Assembly: GCF_018350175.1 (NCBI RefSeq)
Contig: NC_058368.1
Coordinates: 165,914,001-165,978,000 of the forward strand
DNA: 64,000 bases
Direction of reading: 5' to 3'
Origin: Felis catus
Lineage: Eukaryota
Shown here: positions 26,601 through 38,267 of the stretch, piece after piece
How positions within the stretch are numbered: the stretch's first letter is position 1
Layout: each line of letters opens with the position of its first letter
The notes under the pieces: generated by a model
Database searches by the model: none
What the model saw: only the letters and a program-made list of their open reading frames with translations
What the model was told of the DNA's origin: nothing
Translations under genes and position numbers: made by a program

Positions 26601-26684
26601 GGCTGCCGATAGGCTCTATTCAAACTATATAGTAATGTTCAACTTAGCAGAGTTGGAACTAAAGGAGAATCTATGCTTACTATA

Positions 26685-26719
<35 letters not shown>

Positions 26720-26862
26720 CTTTTCTTTTCTTTTCTTTTCTTTTCTTTTCTTTTCTTTTCTTTTCTTTTCTTTTCTTTCCTAGACCATAAGCGGGGAAGG
26801 AGGCAAAGGGAGAAGAGGTGCTGAGGGAGAGGAAGTGGGAGAGGGAGAGGGAGAGGGAGATG

Positions 26863-26908
<46 letters not shown>

Positions 26909-27030
26909 CTCAAGCAGACTCCACATTCAGCATGGAGCCCCATGTGGGGTTGATCTGATGACCCTGGGATGATGACCTGAGCTAAAATCCAGAGTTAGAT
27001 GCTTAACCAACTGAATCACCAAGGCACCCC
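26685..27030 (-). mobile_element. Older Can-SINE with (TTTTC)n tail and long purine/(GA)n tract
   Basis: Ends caccaaggcacccc; TSD tatgcttactata / tatacttactata. Confidence 0.93.
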
Positions 27031-27676
27031 TATACTTACTATACTATATTGAGTTCTCTGTTATCTCTACCTCATTTTCTGTCCTATGTGAAAAATGTGG
27101 TGAATGAGCAATTGAGAGCCATTATTACATAAAAGGTTGTGATCTGTAAGATACTGCTCATTGATGTAAAACAAACTTGCAAAGTCATAAAAACGGAGGG
27201 GAAGCTATGTCCCTAAAGCACTAATAAACTTGGTGAGTATGTGTTTGAAACAACATGCGAAAGCAGAGGCTACGGACCATCACAGTCTGCTTTCTACATC
27301 TTCCTAACTAACACTATTTTATGAAGTATACAGAGCTCATTCCAGGATACAAATCAAAACCTAGCACCTTGTGGCCTAGGAGAATGGGCAGGGTTAGAAG
27401 AATTAGGGAAGAACTGAGGAAAAATTATCCATAGAAACACAAAAAGACTATAATGAAAAAGGTATAGATACGTTCACAGATATTATAGATAAAATTTTTG
27501 TTTTAAAAGGCTTAAAAATAGTTCATATTAGGCATTTAAAAATAGGCATTTAAAAAGCCTTAAAAGGCATTTAAAAAGCCTTAAAAATAGTCATAGGCAT
27601 TTAAAGAAGACAAGATAAAACAAATAAATATAGATGACAGAATATAAAGCACACAAATATTTTCTAGTATGATTTT

Positions 27677-27894
27677 TTTTTAATTTTTTTTCAACATTTA
27701 TTTATTTTTGGGACAGAGAGAGACAGAGCATGAACGGGCGAGGGGCAGAGAGAGAGGGAGACACAGAATCGGAAACAGGCTCCAGGCTCTGAGCCATCAG
27801 CCCAGAGCCTGACGCGGGGCTCGAACTCACGGACCGTGAGATCGTGACCTGGCTGAAGTCGGACGCTTAACCGACTGCGCCACCCAGGCGCCCC
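27677..27894 (-). mobile_element. Young Can-SINE (SINEC_Fc)
   Basis: Near-consensus; TSD agtatgatttt at 27666-27676 and 27896-27906. Confidence 0.98.
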
Positions 27895-27940
27895 GAGTAT
27901 GATTTTAATTTCACTACCAACCACTAGTAGGCCCTTGTAG

Positions 27941-28438
27941 TGTAAGGTTTAAAATTAAGATTTAATATTAAGTGCTACCTTGACATGTTAGAACATCATA
28001 GGACCCCGATGACCTACACATAAGTTACCACTTTTCACCAAAAATGCCCCATTAGAAAAGGCTCTCCACTCAGCTAGTTCTGCTATCAGCCAGAGCAGCT
28101 ATACTTCACCAGGTCCTCAACCTAATGGGTTTCACTTCCTTATCAGCCTGTGAAATTATTCATAGAAGCCAGTTACATCCTCCTACAGAAACCAGGTGTC
28201 ACCTACCCTCTAGTTACAATAAAGACAGCCTCCCATAATCCCTGCTTGTCTACTCTGCTCCTGGGTATAACCCCTGTGTGGCTCTGCGTGGCTCCCTGTC
28301 CTCCCCCAGGCTGTGAGTATGTGTGCCTCACAAAACTGCTAGTAATATCATCCAACCATGTGTGTTCAGCCATCTCACACTATTTGGGGGCAGGGATCCT
28401 TCTCTTGGCAACAGAATGAAGAGGAGGTGATTCAAACA
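27941..28438 (+). mobile_element. Solo LTR, ERVL-type (MER54/73/74/88-like)
   Basis: About 500 bp, TG...CA termini (tgtaaggtttaaaattaagatt ... gaggtgattcaaaca), higher GC than flanks; family assignment from memory. Confidence 0.65.
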
Positions 28439-28639
28439 ATCCTGAGTGTTTCCCAGAAGACATATGTATTTTGAGAGGAATATTAATTATTCTAGTGTCA
28501 TAGGTGATGGTTTGATATACTTTTTTTCCTTATGGCAACACTGCCACTTATAACTGAAGTATTTATTTCTTTTAGATAGAGAATGGGATATAAAAAGAAC
28601 ACAATTTCTACAAATTCTAACCTTCACATCTCCTTGCTT

Positions 28640-29560
28640 TATACACATATTCTGCCTGTACCCTGTTACTGTGGATGAGTGGTGACGATTACTAGAAAAA
28701 GCCAAACTCTATACTTACATACTACATTCCATCTCTTCTTGCCTAATCAAGCCACCATTCTTGTAATTCCCTCCATTTCCTGCATCTTCAGATTCTCTTT
28801 GTATTTTCAATAAGCAAGCAAATATGTGATCATTTCTACCATGTTATAAACAACAACTACAAAAACAATTAAGAGCTTCTTTTGATCCTAATTTTCCCAC
28901 CAGTTTACATCCAACTTCTTACATCCCCTTCATACCATTACTATGCAAGAATTTTCTATGCATGTTTTCTGTCTTTTCTGTTTCAATTTTCTCTTGTTCT
29001 TACTCTAACCAGGCTTTTCCTGCCACCAATACAGCTGTAATAATGATATCAATGAACTGTATGATGTTAAATGCAAAGGTCACTTGTCAGATTTAATGTT
29101 ACTTAACAATATGGAACATGGTAGAGCCTTCCTTCCCTGTTGCAACCCTTTCTTTTCTTGTCAGACAAGATATCACATACTCCTGGTTCTTCTCTTGCCT
29201 TGTGAGTATTCCTACTCAGTTCCACTGAGTGAATCAATCACTCAAGATTATTCCTTATCTTGAACTATCAGTGCAAAAGAGTTCCAAAATTGCATTCAAA
29301 TATATTTTCTTTTCTATTTTAGTTATCTCATTTGTCCCAGGGTATTAAAAACCTTTCATTTTCTGGTGATTCCCTAGCTTATATTTTAGGGTATTATTTA
29401 TCCAAGAGACTTCAGGATCAAATATCTGTTTACTCAACATAGTGGTGTGTCTATAAAATAAACACTGCATAATTAAGAGATCCAAAACTAAACTTATATT
29501 CCCCCACTTCAACCTTATTTTCACACACTCTCTTTTATCCCAGAAAATGGTAACCGAACA
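28640..29560 (+). mobile_element. L2 fragments
   Basis: Pyrimidine-rich L2-like motifs (gttaaatgcaaaggtcacttgtcag; catactcctggttcttctc). Confidence 0.55.
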
Positions 29561-29602
29561 CTTGTTTTCTCCCCCCACCCCTCCTCCACACCTCCTAAGT
29601 GT

Positions 29603-29774
29603 ATTTATTTTGAGAGAGAAAGCATTAGCAGGGGAGGGGCAGAGAGAGAGGGAGACAGAATCCCTGTGCTGTCAGCACGAAGCCTGAGGCGGCGCTTGAA
29701 CCCTTCAACTGTGAAATCATCATCTGAGAGGAAATCAAGTCTGATGCTCAACCAACTGAGCCTCCCAGGCACCC
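29603..29774 (-). mobile_element. Older Can-SINE
   Basis: Ends actgagcctcccaggcaccc. Confidence 0.93.
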
Positions 29775-30519
29775 TGTAACTGAACACTGTAACTTTGGCA
29801 AAAAAAAAATAGAGAAAGAAAAAATAAATGAAAAATTTAGTCTTTCCTCAATTATTTTCTTTCAAAAATTCCCAGAGTCTCCACCAACATGAAGTAATTA
29901 TATATTTATGTCTAAATTATTTTAAAAACTTTTAAACAGACTCCATGCTTTCTATTCTTCCTTGACTTGCTTTAATTCCTGTTTCACATTGTGAGTTAGA
30001 TAAAAAAGATTTAGTCTATTCTCAGTGTTTGTTTTAAAATTGAAATCAGACGATCATTCCTCTCCTCAAAACCCTCAAATAAATTCCTATCATCTCAAAT
30101 AATGATCTGGAATCCTTATAATTTTATTCAAGTCCTGTTATTTCCTTTAACTTGTATAAATGCTTAAAAATATAAATACCTAAGGATAACTCTAACAAAT
30201 TTGTTATTGATGCAGGGCTATAAAGTCACCAAGCCAACAGTATAGAAAACCCAGAAATAAACTCACACATACACACACATTTAATTTGCAATGGAAACAG
30301 TTAAGTTGTGGTCTTTTAACAGTCTTTTAAAACAAAATAAAACAAGACCATTTTAGTAAAATTAGTAACCCCCCAAAAGTGAAATAAAATTGTACTACAA
30401 CCATACATACACATGCACGACCACACAAACCACACAGATTCCTCACGGGTTAACTTAAAAATAAAATTATTGATTTTAATTATAATGCAGCATCTTTATG
30501 ACCTCATGAAATATTTCTT

Positions 30520-30729
30520 TTTTTAATGTCTTTATTTATTTTTGAGACAGAGAGAGACAGAGCATGAGCAGGGGAGGGCCAGAGAGAGAGGGAGACACAG
30601 AATCCGAAGCAGGCTCCAGGCTCTGAGCTGTCAGCATAGAGCCTGATATGGGCCTTGAACTCACGGACTGTGAGATCATGACCTGAGCTGAAGTCAGACG
30701 CTTAACTGACTGAGCCACCTAGGCGCCCC
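30520..30729 (-). mobile_element. Can-SINE inserted in an old sense L1 fragment (about 30160-30860)
   Basis: TSD tgaaatatttctt at 30507-30519 and 30730-30742. Confidence 0.97.
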
Positions 30730-30859
30730 TGAAATATTTCTTAAACAGAACACAAAAAAATAGAAACCATGAAGAAAAAGTTTGATGTATTTAGCTACAT
30801 TAAAATTAAGATCATTTGATCACCAAAAGACAGTATAAAAAGTCTGATAAGACAAACCT

Positions 30860-31295
30860 GATATTTTAGTAACCTACCAAGACACACAAACCATCCTAAA
30901 GCTAGTTTAGAAAAACAAGAATGTACTACTTTTTATACTTTGTGGGTTAACTGGCTTCAGCTGGAATCTTCTTTTGTTCTACGTGGTATAGCTAAAGTCA
31001 ATCAGGCAATGACTCAGTTGGAAGCCCAGCGGGGACTGAAGCATCCTAGATGGCTGTTCATCCTTCAGAATCTCTCCCCACTTGGCCTCTCATCATTCTT
31101 GGCCCAGCTAATTTATAGTATGGCAGCTGGTATCCAACAGGAAACATTGCAAGAGGGCAAGTTCCAATGTACAAGTGTTTATCAAACCTCTGCTTGATAA
31201 TATCCCATTGGCCAAAGCAAGTCAGTTGGCTAAGAAAAAATATGGAACGGTATTGTTAAAATATGTAACTATGGGAGGCATACTGCTGCACAACA
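30860..31295 (-). mobile_element. MaLR LTR (MLT1J/K-like)
   Basis: caagttccaatgtacaagtgtttatcaaacctctgcttg...cccattggccaaagcaagtc is typical of old MLT1 LTRs. Confidence 0.7.
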
Positions 31296-32316
31296 CCATG
31301 TAAGGTATACTTACATGAACTGTAAGTGTGAACTGTAAGGTATACTTATCAGTGTTCTCTTCACTTCAAAAATATAACATTGAGTAAAAGAAACATGTCA
31401 CAAATGAATGTATGACATGAATTTATTTATATAATTGAAAATTTTATATAGTGCTTAGGAATAATGATATATGCAATAATCCTATAAAGACTTAATGAAT
31501 TGAAAACAATATTCAGAATAACAATTATTTTGCAGTGGGGGGAATAAGAAGGAAGCTCTCAGGGGGCCTCTTAGACTCTAGAATATTCCACTTATTGGCC
31601 TGAGTAGAAGATACAGAATTTTTAAAATTATTGCTATTTCTCAGTTTTTCATGTAAGTTATTTTTGTTTATCCTTTAATTCACAATCACATTATTATATA
31701 TGATAGATATTGAAGGCAATTGAGATCCATTATGTATATAACTGGTCATATCGGAAAGCAAAACAAAACAGAACACACACATAACATGAGGAGTTAAAAA
31801 GACAATAAAGACTTGAGATATGTCATAATGAAGTATCATTTACCAGAAAAAATGATAAAAATCAAGAGATTAAAGTTAGAGAATGTAAAAGAGAAACAAG
31901 ATTCATGAACATATGAGAAGGAAAAAATAAGTTATTTAAAGCAGGAAAAATTCTGCTTTAATTCATATTTCTCTACAGCAATATTTAAGAGCTATAATGT
32001 AAACTGTAAAGTAAAACCTATAATGTTTTATAAAAAAACAATGTAAACCAAGAATTTTATTTCGTAGAACTCCATCCCAAAAAAACTATAGCATAAATAC
32101 ATAAAATAAATATATAAATGGTTGAATGAATAGCTAGATAGATGGAAAAAAACCATTAAATTCAGCCATTCAAGATATGATTAAAAGCAAAGGGGAAGAG
32201 GAAACCATACTAAAGGATATTTGTAGTCACTGAATGAATTCAAATAACTAAAACTAAACAACTGTGGGGATTCTTTGATTACTTAAAATATATTTCATTC
32301 CTGGTCAGCAAAATAA

Positions 32317-32317
<1 letters not shown>

Positions 32318-32352
<35 letters not shown>
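32318..32352. repeat. (TAA)n microsatellite
   Basis: About 11 units. Confidence 0.98.
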
Positions 32353-32444
32353 GAGTAATAATAGCTGTGTAAATCTTCTTATTCCCTCTTTTATGAAGCT
32401 ACAGTATTTTATAACTTACAAGCTGTTTAAAATTAGCAACTTTA

Positions 32445-32673
32445 GGGGCGCCTGGGTGGCGCAGTCGGTTAAGCGTCCGACTTCAGCCAGGTCACGATCT
32501 CGCAGTCTGTGAGTTCAAGCCCCGCGTCAGGCTCTGGGCTGATGGCTCAGAGCCTGGAGCCTGTTTCCGATTCTGTGTCTCCCTCTCTCTCTGCCCCTCC
32601 CCCGTTCATGCTCTGTCTCTCTCTGTCCCAAAAATAAATAAACGTTTAAAAATAAAATAAAAATAAATAAATA
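32445..32673 (+). mobile_element. Young Can-SINE (SINEC_Fc)
   Basis: TSD aaattagcaacttta at 32430-32444 and 32674-32688. Confidence 0.98.
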
Positions 32674-32744
32674 AAATTAGCAACTTTATAACTTTATATA
32701 TTACAAAATTCAAGATTTATCACTATAACTTTCCCTGCTTCAGA

Positions 32745-32900
32745 TCAGTTACTCTCAACTCTAGTTTCATGCTAGAGGAGTATTTAAAACTCCTGATAAT
32801 CCAGCCACACCCTCTTACATCAATTAAATCAGAACCTATGGGGGAAAGCTCAGGCATCAGGATTTACAATGTTTCCTCTGGTGACCCAGTGTGTAGCCAG
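32745..32900. mobile_element. MER5-type hAT-Charlie DNA transposon
   Basis: cagttactctcaact ... caattaaatcagaacctatggggg...caggcatcag. Confidence 0.7.
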
Positions 32901-33512
32901 TATGTTTCCTAAATTTAAATAGAGTTTATGGTAATTGTATGTCTTGTGATAAAACAAGATTTATCTGAAATTCATTAATTTCTGCACTTTGTTTTTAGCT
33001 CCTTTGTTTAAATGCAGTTGCCTTTTAATCATTTTTTCTAAAACAGTATTCTCTTTGTGTATCTTTATCAACCTATGTTATCTTCATCTTTGTATCTTTT
33101 TATGTGCAGTAGAGTGTCTCTATAATGTAAATGAATTTTCTCAGAAACTATCTTCAAGTGTTAGAATTTTGGTGTGAATTTTTAATTTTATGTGATTATT
33201 CCCTATTGCTTGATATTTTACAACACATATGCTTCATTTTTACAAAAGAATTAAATCAACCTATTTTAAGTTTTATTTTTGAAGTATTGAATTATTTCAG
33301 TTTCATACTGTATGTTAGATAATCGCTCATATCTAAATTTACAGTGCCAGTTCCTCTTTGAAAGATTACATATTCACTTACCAATAATTGAAAATATCAT
33401 TTTATTAAAAGTATTTGACAATAAAATATTTGTTTGTCTAGAATTTGGTGCCTAGTTTTTATGTGTATGAAGCTAGAAAGAGGCAATAGATGCCTGCAGT
33501 TTAACATTTCAC

Positions 33513-33730
33513 AGCTTGTACTGGTGAAAATATATGTATCAATGATGTGATAGTTAAATGGGTATACATCAAGGCTAAAAGAAGGAAATGAATATCCATA
33601 ATTAAATTTTTATATGTTATAGCTTGCGGTGTTGAAATAAATATCTGTCAATGACATGAATGCTAAATGGTTATGTGTCAGCATCTAGAGTACAGAAATT
33701 AATATCCTCAATTAAATGTCTATATGTTAT
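33513..33730. repeat. Diverged tandem duplication, 108-110-bp unit
   Basis: 33513-33620 and 33621-33730 both start agcttg and end tatatgttat; roughly 70% identical by eye. Confidence 0.85.
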
Positions 33731-35778
33731 GTAAGATTTTGACACAGAAATTCTTTACAACTGGAAATTCCTTTAAGAGTATTTCTATTTTAGAAAAGAT
33801 AAGATCTGTGTATTTGCTCCTTTTGAAAACATAGAAAGGGTGAAGCACTGAGGGAATTTAATTTATAGAATGTTTGTGATTTTTAAACAGTAAATGACGG
33901 ATAAGTCACTTCACATCTCCTTTATGATTTTAATTTCCCAGTACACTGAAAAAGTTGAATCTCTTTTCCCTTTCATTTTTAGCTCTTTATATCAGTCATC
34001 TTTGACCATTTTCATTCCATTAAAAGTTAATAGGTTAGAAAAAGTTACATATAATCATAAAATTAAGAAGGATCCTAGCAACAAAATTAATCAAGTTCTA
34101 ATGAGAAAATATTTTAGTATATTACAAACAATTTTTCTGTGTAGTGTCAATGCTTTGAAAATAATTCAAAAAATTTAAAATATCTTGCTTATATAGAGAA
34201 ATGATATGCAAGTATTTAAGTATCTTTTAGGACTACAGAAAACTCCATCTCCCTGAGAACTCTAACTACTGGACATTTCAAATAGCCTTGCAATCGGTTC
34301 GTTCACAACACAGAAATTCATTTAGAGACACTCTTTAGTTAATAGTCTTTCAGAATGATGTCTATTTGGGAAATGGTTTGGAAATAGCAAATGGCAAATT
34401 CAGCTATAGTAGGTTACTGAAGATTCTTCTGGAAATTCTGTAAGGGTAATGTTCATTAACTAGGAAAAATAAGTCAATTGTTACTACATTGTAAGAAGAA
34501 GCAGGTATGACAAACTAATATTAGAAATAATGCAGTTTCATTGTCTACTGATCCTAAACAAGAAATGCAAACGCTTAACCACATACCAAGTATAAATTAT
34601 TTCTTTTCATGTGGCATTCACATTAGAAATATGCATCTTCACAACTAAATTTCAGTATACAGATACAAACACACATTCATACACATGTGCATGGTAGCAA
34701 CTCACTACAAACTTTGTTTTGTTAACTTATAGGAGAATTAGCATTTGGAAATTTTAGTTTCCATTACCAAATCCCTTTTCCCTCAAGATTTCTCCATTTT
34801 GAGCACAAATCAAGCTGCTACTTTGTGCTCGCACCAGGCAGTGTGTGTACAAGTATCCTGGCAACCACATGTGCAGTTGCATTGACCCCTTGAAGCACCG
34901 GATGAGAGGAAAATTGCTAAGGTCAAGAAATAAGTTTTACGGAAAAACTGCCATAAGTAATAAAATTTCTCTGAGTTGTGTTTTTTTTTTTTGAGCCAGT
35001 AGCATTTTCACCAGATGAATCAATAAACTCTTGATTTTAGAGACATTTGCCTTTACTACCTAAATAAGAATGTGAGGTCACAAAAATGAAATGGGTTTTC
35101 ATTCTATGACAATGTAATATAGATCCAGACCCCCAATATGAACACTTTAAATTCATTACCTGAATATTTCTTTTACTCTAGATTGGAGAGTTTTTCCATT
35201 ATTATGATTCATATACGAAAATATATCTGAACACCTTGAAAATATGAAATGGTCTGAATACACTGGTTAGACTGTATATGCTGAGCATGCTAAACTGCTG
35301 TTGATAATGATTTTAATTACCCCAGCATCCACTCTGGACAGACTAACCTCTCAACTGCATCAATGATGATGAAAAATTATCCAGTCCCAATGTACCATAA
35401 AAAACATACACCTTCTCTGACTTGCTGCTTACAATTTGGGAGGGGTCAGGAAGAGAACGCTAAAAAGTGTTCAACGGGCCACATTCTATCATCAGTCTAC
35501 TTAAAAGACTAAAAAATGTTCCTAATATTTAGCTAGACACATTTTTCTGTTACCACCTCAGCCTGTGAACATGAAAACATATTGATTACATGAAAATTGC
35601 AAAGGTTAATTTTTAGAAAACTTAGCTTTTAATGTAAAAGAAAAGAAAGGTAAAACACCTGAAGAAACTGGAAAAAGAACAGAGTAAAATAAAAAAAATA
35701 AGAGAAGAAATAAGGATAGAAATAATAAAATTTAAAAAAATCAGTAGCAAAGATTTAAAAACGAAAACAAGTAGTTGA

Positions 35779-35984
35779 GGGGCTCATGGGTGGATCAGTC
35801 AGTTAAGTGTCCGACTCTTAATTTCGGCTCAGGTCACAATCTCACAGTTTCATGAGTTCAAGCCCCACCTTGGGCTCTGGGCTGACAGCGCAAAGGCTGC
35901 TTGAGATTCCCCTCTCTCTGTGCCCCTACCCTGCTCGCACTCTCTCTGTCCTTCTCAACAATAAACACATTAAAAAAAAACTTA
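35779..35984 (+). mobile_element. Can-SINE within old sense L1 fragments (about 35570-36190)
   Basis: TSD aaaacaagtagttga at 35764-35778 and 35985-35999. Confidence 0.96.
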
Positions 35985-37251
35985 AAAACAAGTAGTTGAG
36001 AAGATTGTTCAAGATTTTTGTGTTTTGACAAGACTGATGAAGAAAAAGTATAGAACAAAAAAAGTCAAAATTATTGATACAATCGAGTTTAAAATACAGT
36101 ATTATTAAATTTATGTGTTAACAAATTTGATTAATTGAAATGCATACATTTCTTATAAAAGTAACGCCAAAACCGGAGAAAGAATAATAGAAAGTTACGT
36201 ATTGCACAGACTTGCAAGCTACTAATTTTTGTAAATAATTTTAGGATTTTCCTCCCAATTTACCATGGTTCTACATGCTAAAATGGACGTGTTTTCCTAT
36301 TTCTTATACAGTTGATTTTTATACTCATTACTTTCTTAACAGATTCTTTAAATTTCTGAAGTACATGAGATGAAAACGCTTTTATCTATTTTGAACTTTA
36401 TACAGCATATAAAATCTGTATTTATATTTTGAATCCTGTAATTACTAATAGATAATATTATATTGCTCTTCCAAGACTTTAGGCAGAACACTGAAATAAA
36501 TGTATTTAAGAAGAATATATATATATATATATTTCTAACTATATAATTGTTTCTATGTATTTGTATGTGTGATATCCATCATACATATATACATATGTCA
36601 TAAACATAAATATAGAACAAATAATTATAAAAATAAAAAAATAAAAAATTGCATTAATATTTTTGAAAGTTAGTACTAGGATATACTAATTGGGGCAGCC
36701 TTGAAAATATAATAAATGAGCGATACAGCTGCTGCACTTTAATATTCCTAACAACATTTTTGAAAGCACAGAGAGTTGATGGGTTGCTCCCAGCCAAGAT
36801 TCCAGGGCAACAGGGATACTAACACAGATCTGTTTCTGGTATAAACAAACTTCTCTGCTTACCGGCTTTGGCTTGAAGGCTTCCCAAAGGCTTCGCCAAA
36901 CCTGCCTTAGATTGCACAGTATTACAGTTTCTCTTTCTCTTGCACTCAGGGTCAGACTTGCATTGTCTTCTCATCCTGTCCAGACCCCTTCTCTCATAAA
37001 GCCATTTTTTTCTAAAAAAAAAAAAATCCTTATATATTTAATCATGTCTTGGTGTTGATTTCTCAGGAAAACTGGGTCACAACTTGCTTGATCTCACATG
37101 TACTACTAAGTTATGCTAATCATTACCAAAGCCTAGTCAGAAGTACTTCTAAGGAAATTCACAAGAAAAAGATTAGCAAATGTGTTTTATAAAGTTTTCA
37201 TTGCATTTCAAAATAGTTACTTGTTAATGCAAAGAAGAATGTGCACTGAAT

Positions 37252-37925
37252 TTTTTCTCTAAATTTTTATTTAAATTCCAGTAAGTGTACCTATAGTGTA
37301 ATATTAGTTTCAGGTGTAGAATTTAGTGACTCATCACTTACATACAACACCCAGTGCTCATCACAACTGCCCTCCTTAAATACACATCACACAGCCTCTG
37401 GCCTACCTCCCCGCTAGTACCCGCCCCCCCCCCATTTGTTCTCTGTAGTTAAGAGTCTATTTCCTGGCTTGTGTCTCTTTTTTCTCCCTTATGTTCATCG
37501 CTTTTATTTCTTAAATTCCACATATGAGTAAAATCATATGATATTTGTCTTTTTCTGACTGACTTAACTTCATTTAGCATAATACTCTCTAGCATTATAC
37601 ACATCATTGCAAATGGCAAGATTTCATTCTCTTTGATGGCTAAGTAATATTCCATTATATATACACCACATCTTCTTCATCTTTTCCTCAGGTGATGGAC
37701 ATTTGGGCTCTTTCCATAACTCAGCTATTGTAGATAATGCTGCTCTAAACACTGGAGTACATGTATCACTTCGAATTAGTATTTTTGTATTCCTTGGGTA
37801 AATACTTAGTAGTGCAATTGCTGGATCCTGGGTAACTCTATTTTTGACGTTTTGAGGAACCTCCATTCTGTTTTCCACAGTGGCTACACCAATTTGCATT
37901 CCGACCAACAGCACATGAGGATTCT
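37252..37925 (-). mobile_element. 5'-truncated carnivore L1 (L1_Carn type)
   Basis: ORFs 37624-37914 and 37449-37655 are frameshifted ORF2 C-terminal pieces; carnivore 3'UTR motif catacaacacccagtgctcatc also seen at 2009-2030. Confidence 0.93.
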
Positions 37926-38218
37926 GAGGGAAATTTTATAGTGGCCTCTAGCATCAGTCTAAAGTTTACAACCACTTGGTATCAATGAGTATGGATTGTT
38001 TATGTAAACAATCTAATAATTATAATCTTAATTGTAAATACAATAAAATTGACTCAATATTCAGTAAAAAGAAAAAATCACCAGTATTCTCTAAATTGCA
38101 AGACCATCCTAATTAGCACATAGTGTTTTCTTGAATTTTTGAAGATTATAATTGCCTTTGAAAATGTGTTCAAATTTATAGAACTTCTTTCCATAATATT
38201 GCACATACATATAATTTT

Positions 38219-38220
<2 letters not shown>

Positions 38221-38260
<40 letters not shown>
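38221..38260. repeat. (GT)n microsatellite
   Basis: About 20 units. Confidence 0.99.

Positions 38261-38267
<7 letters not shown>

Noticed and set aside
35362..35420. C/D-box snoRNA-like ATGATGA...CTGA spacing
   Set aside because: No convincing terminal stem, internal boxes or recognisable rRNA/snRNA guide sequence.
36770..37085. Possible ancient LTR fragments here and at about 3600-3795, 41120-41260 and 45000-45070
   Set aside because: Only short terminal-like motifs are recognisable; family and boundaries cannot be supported without a search.
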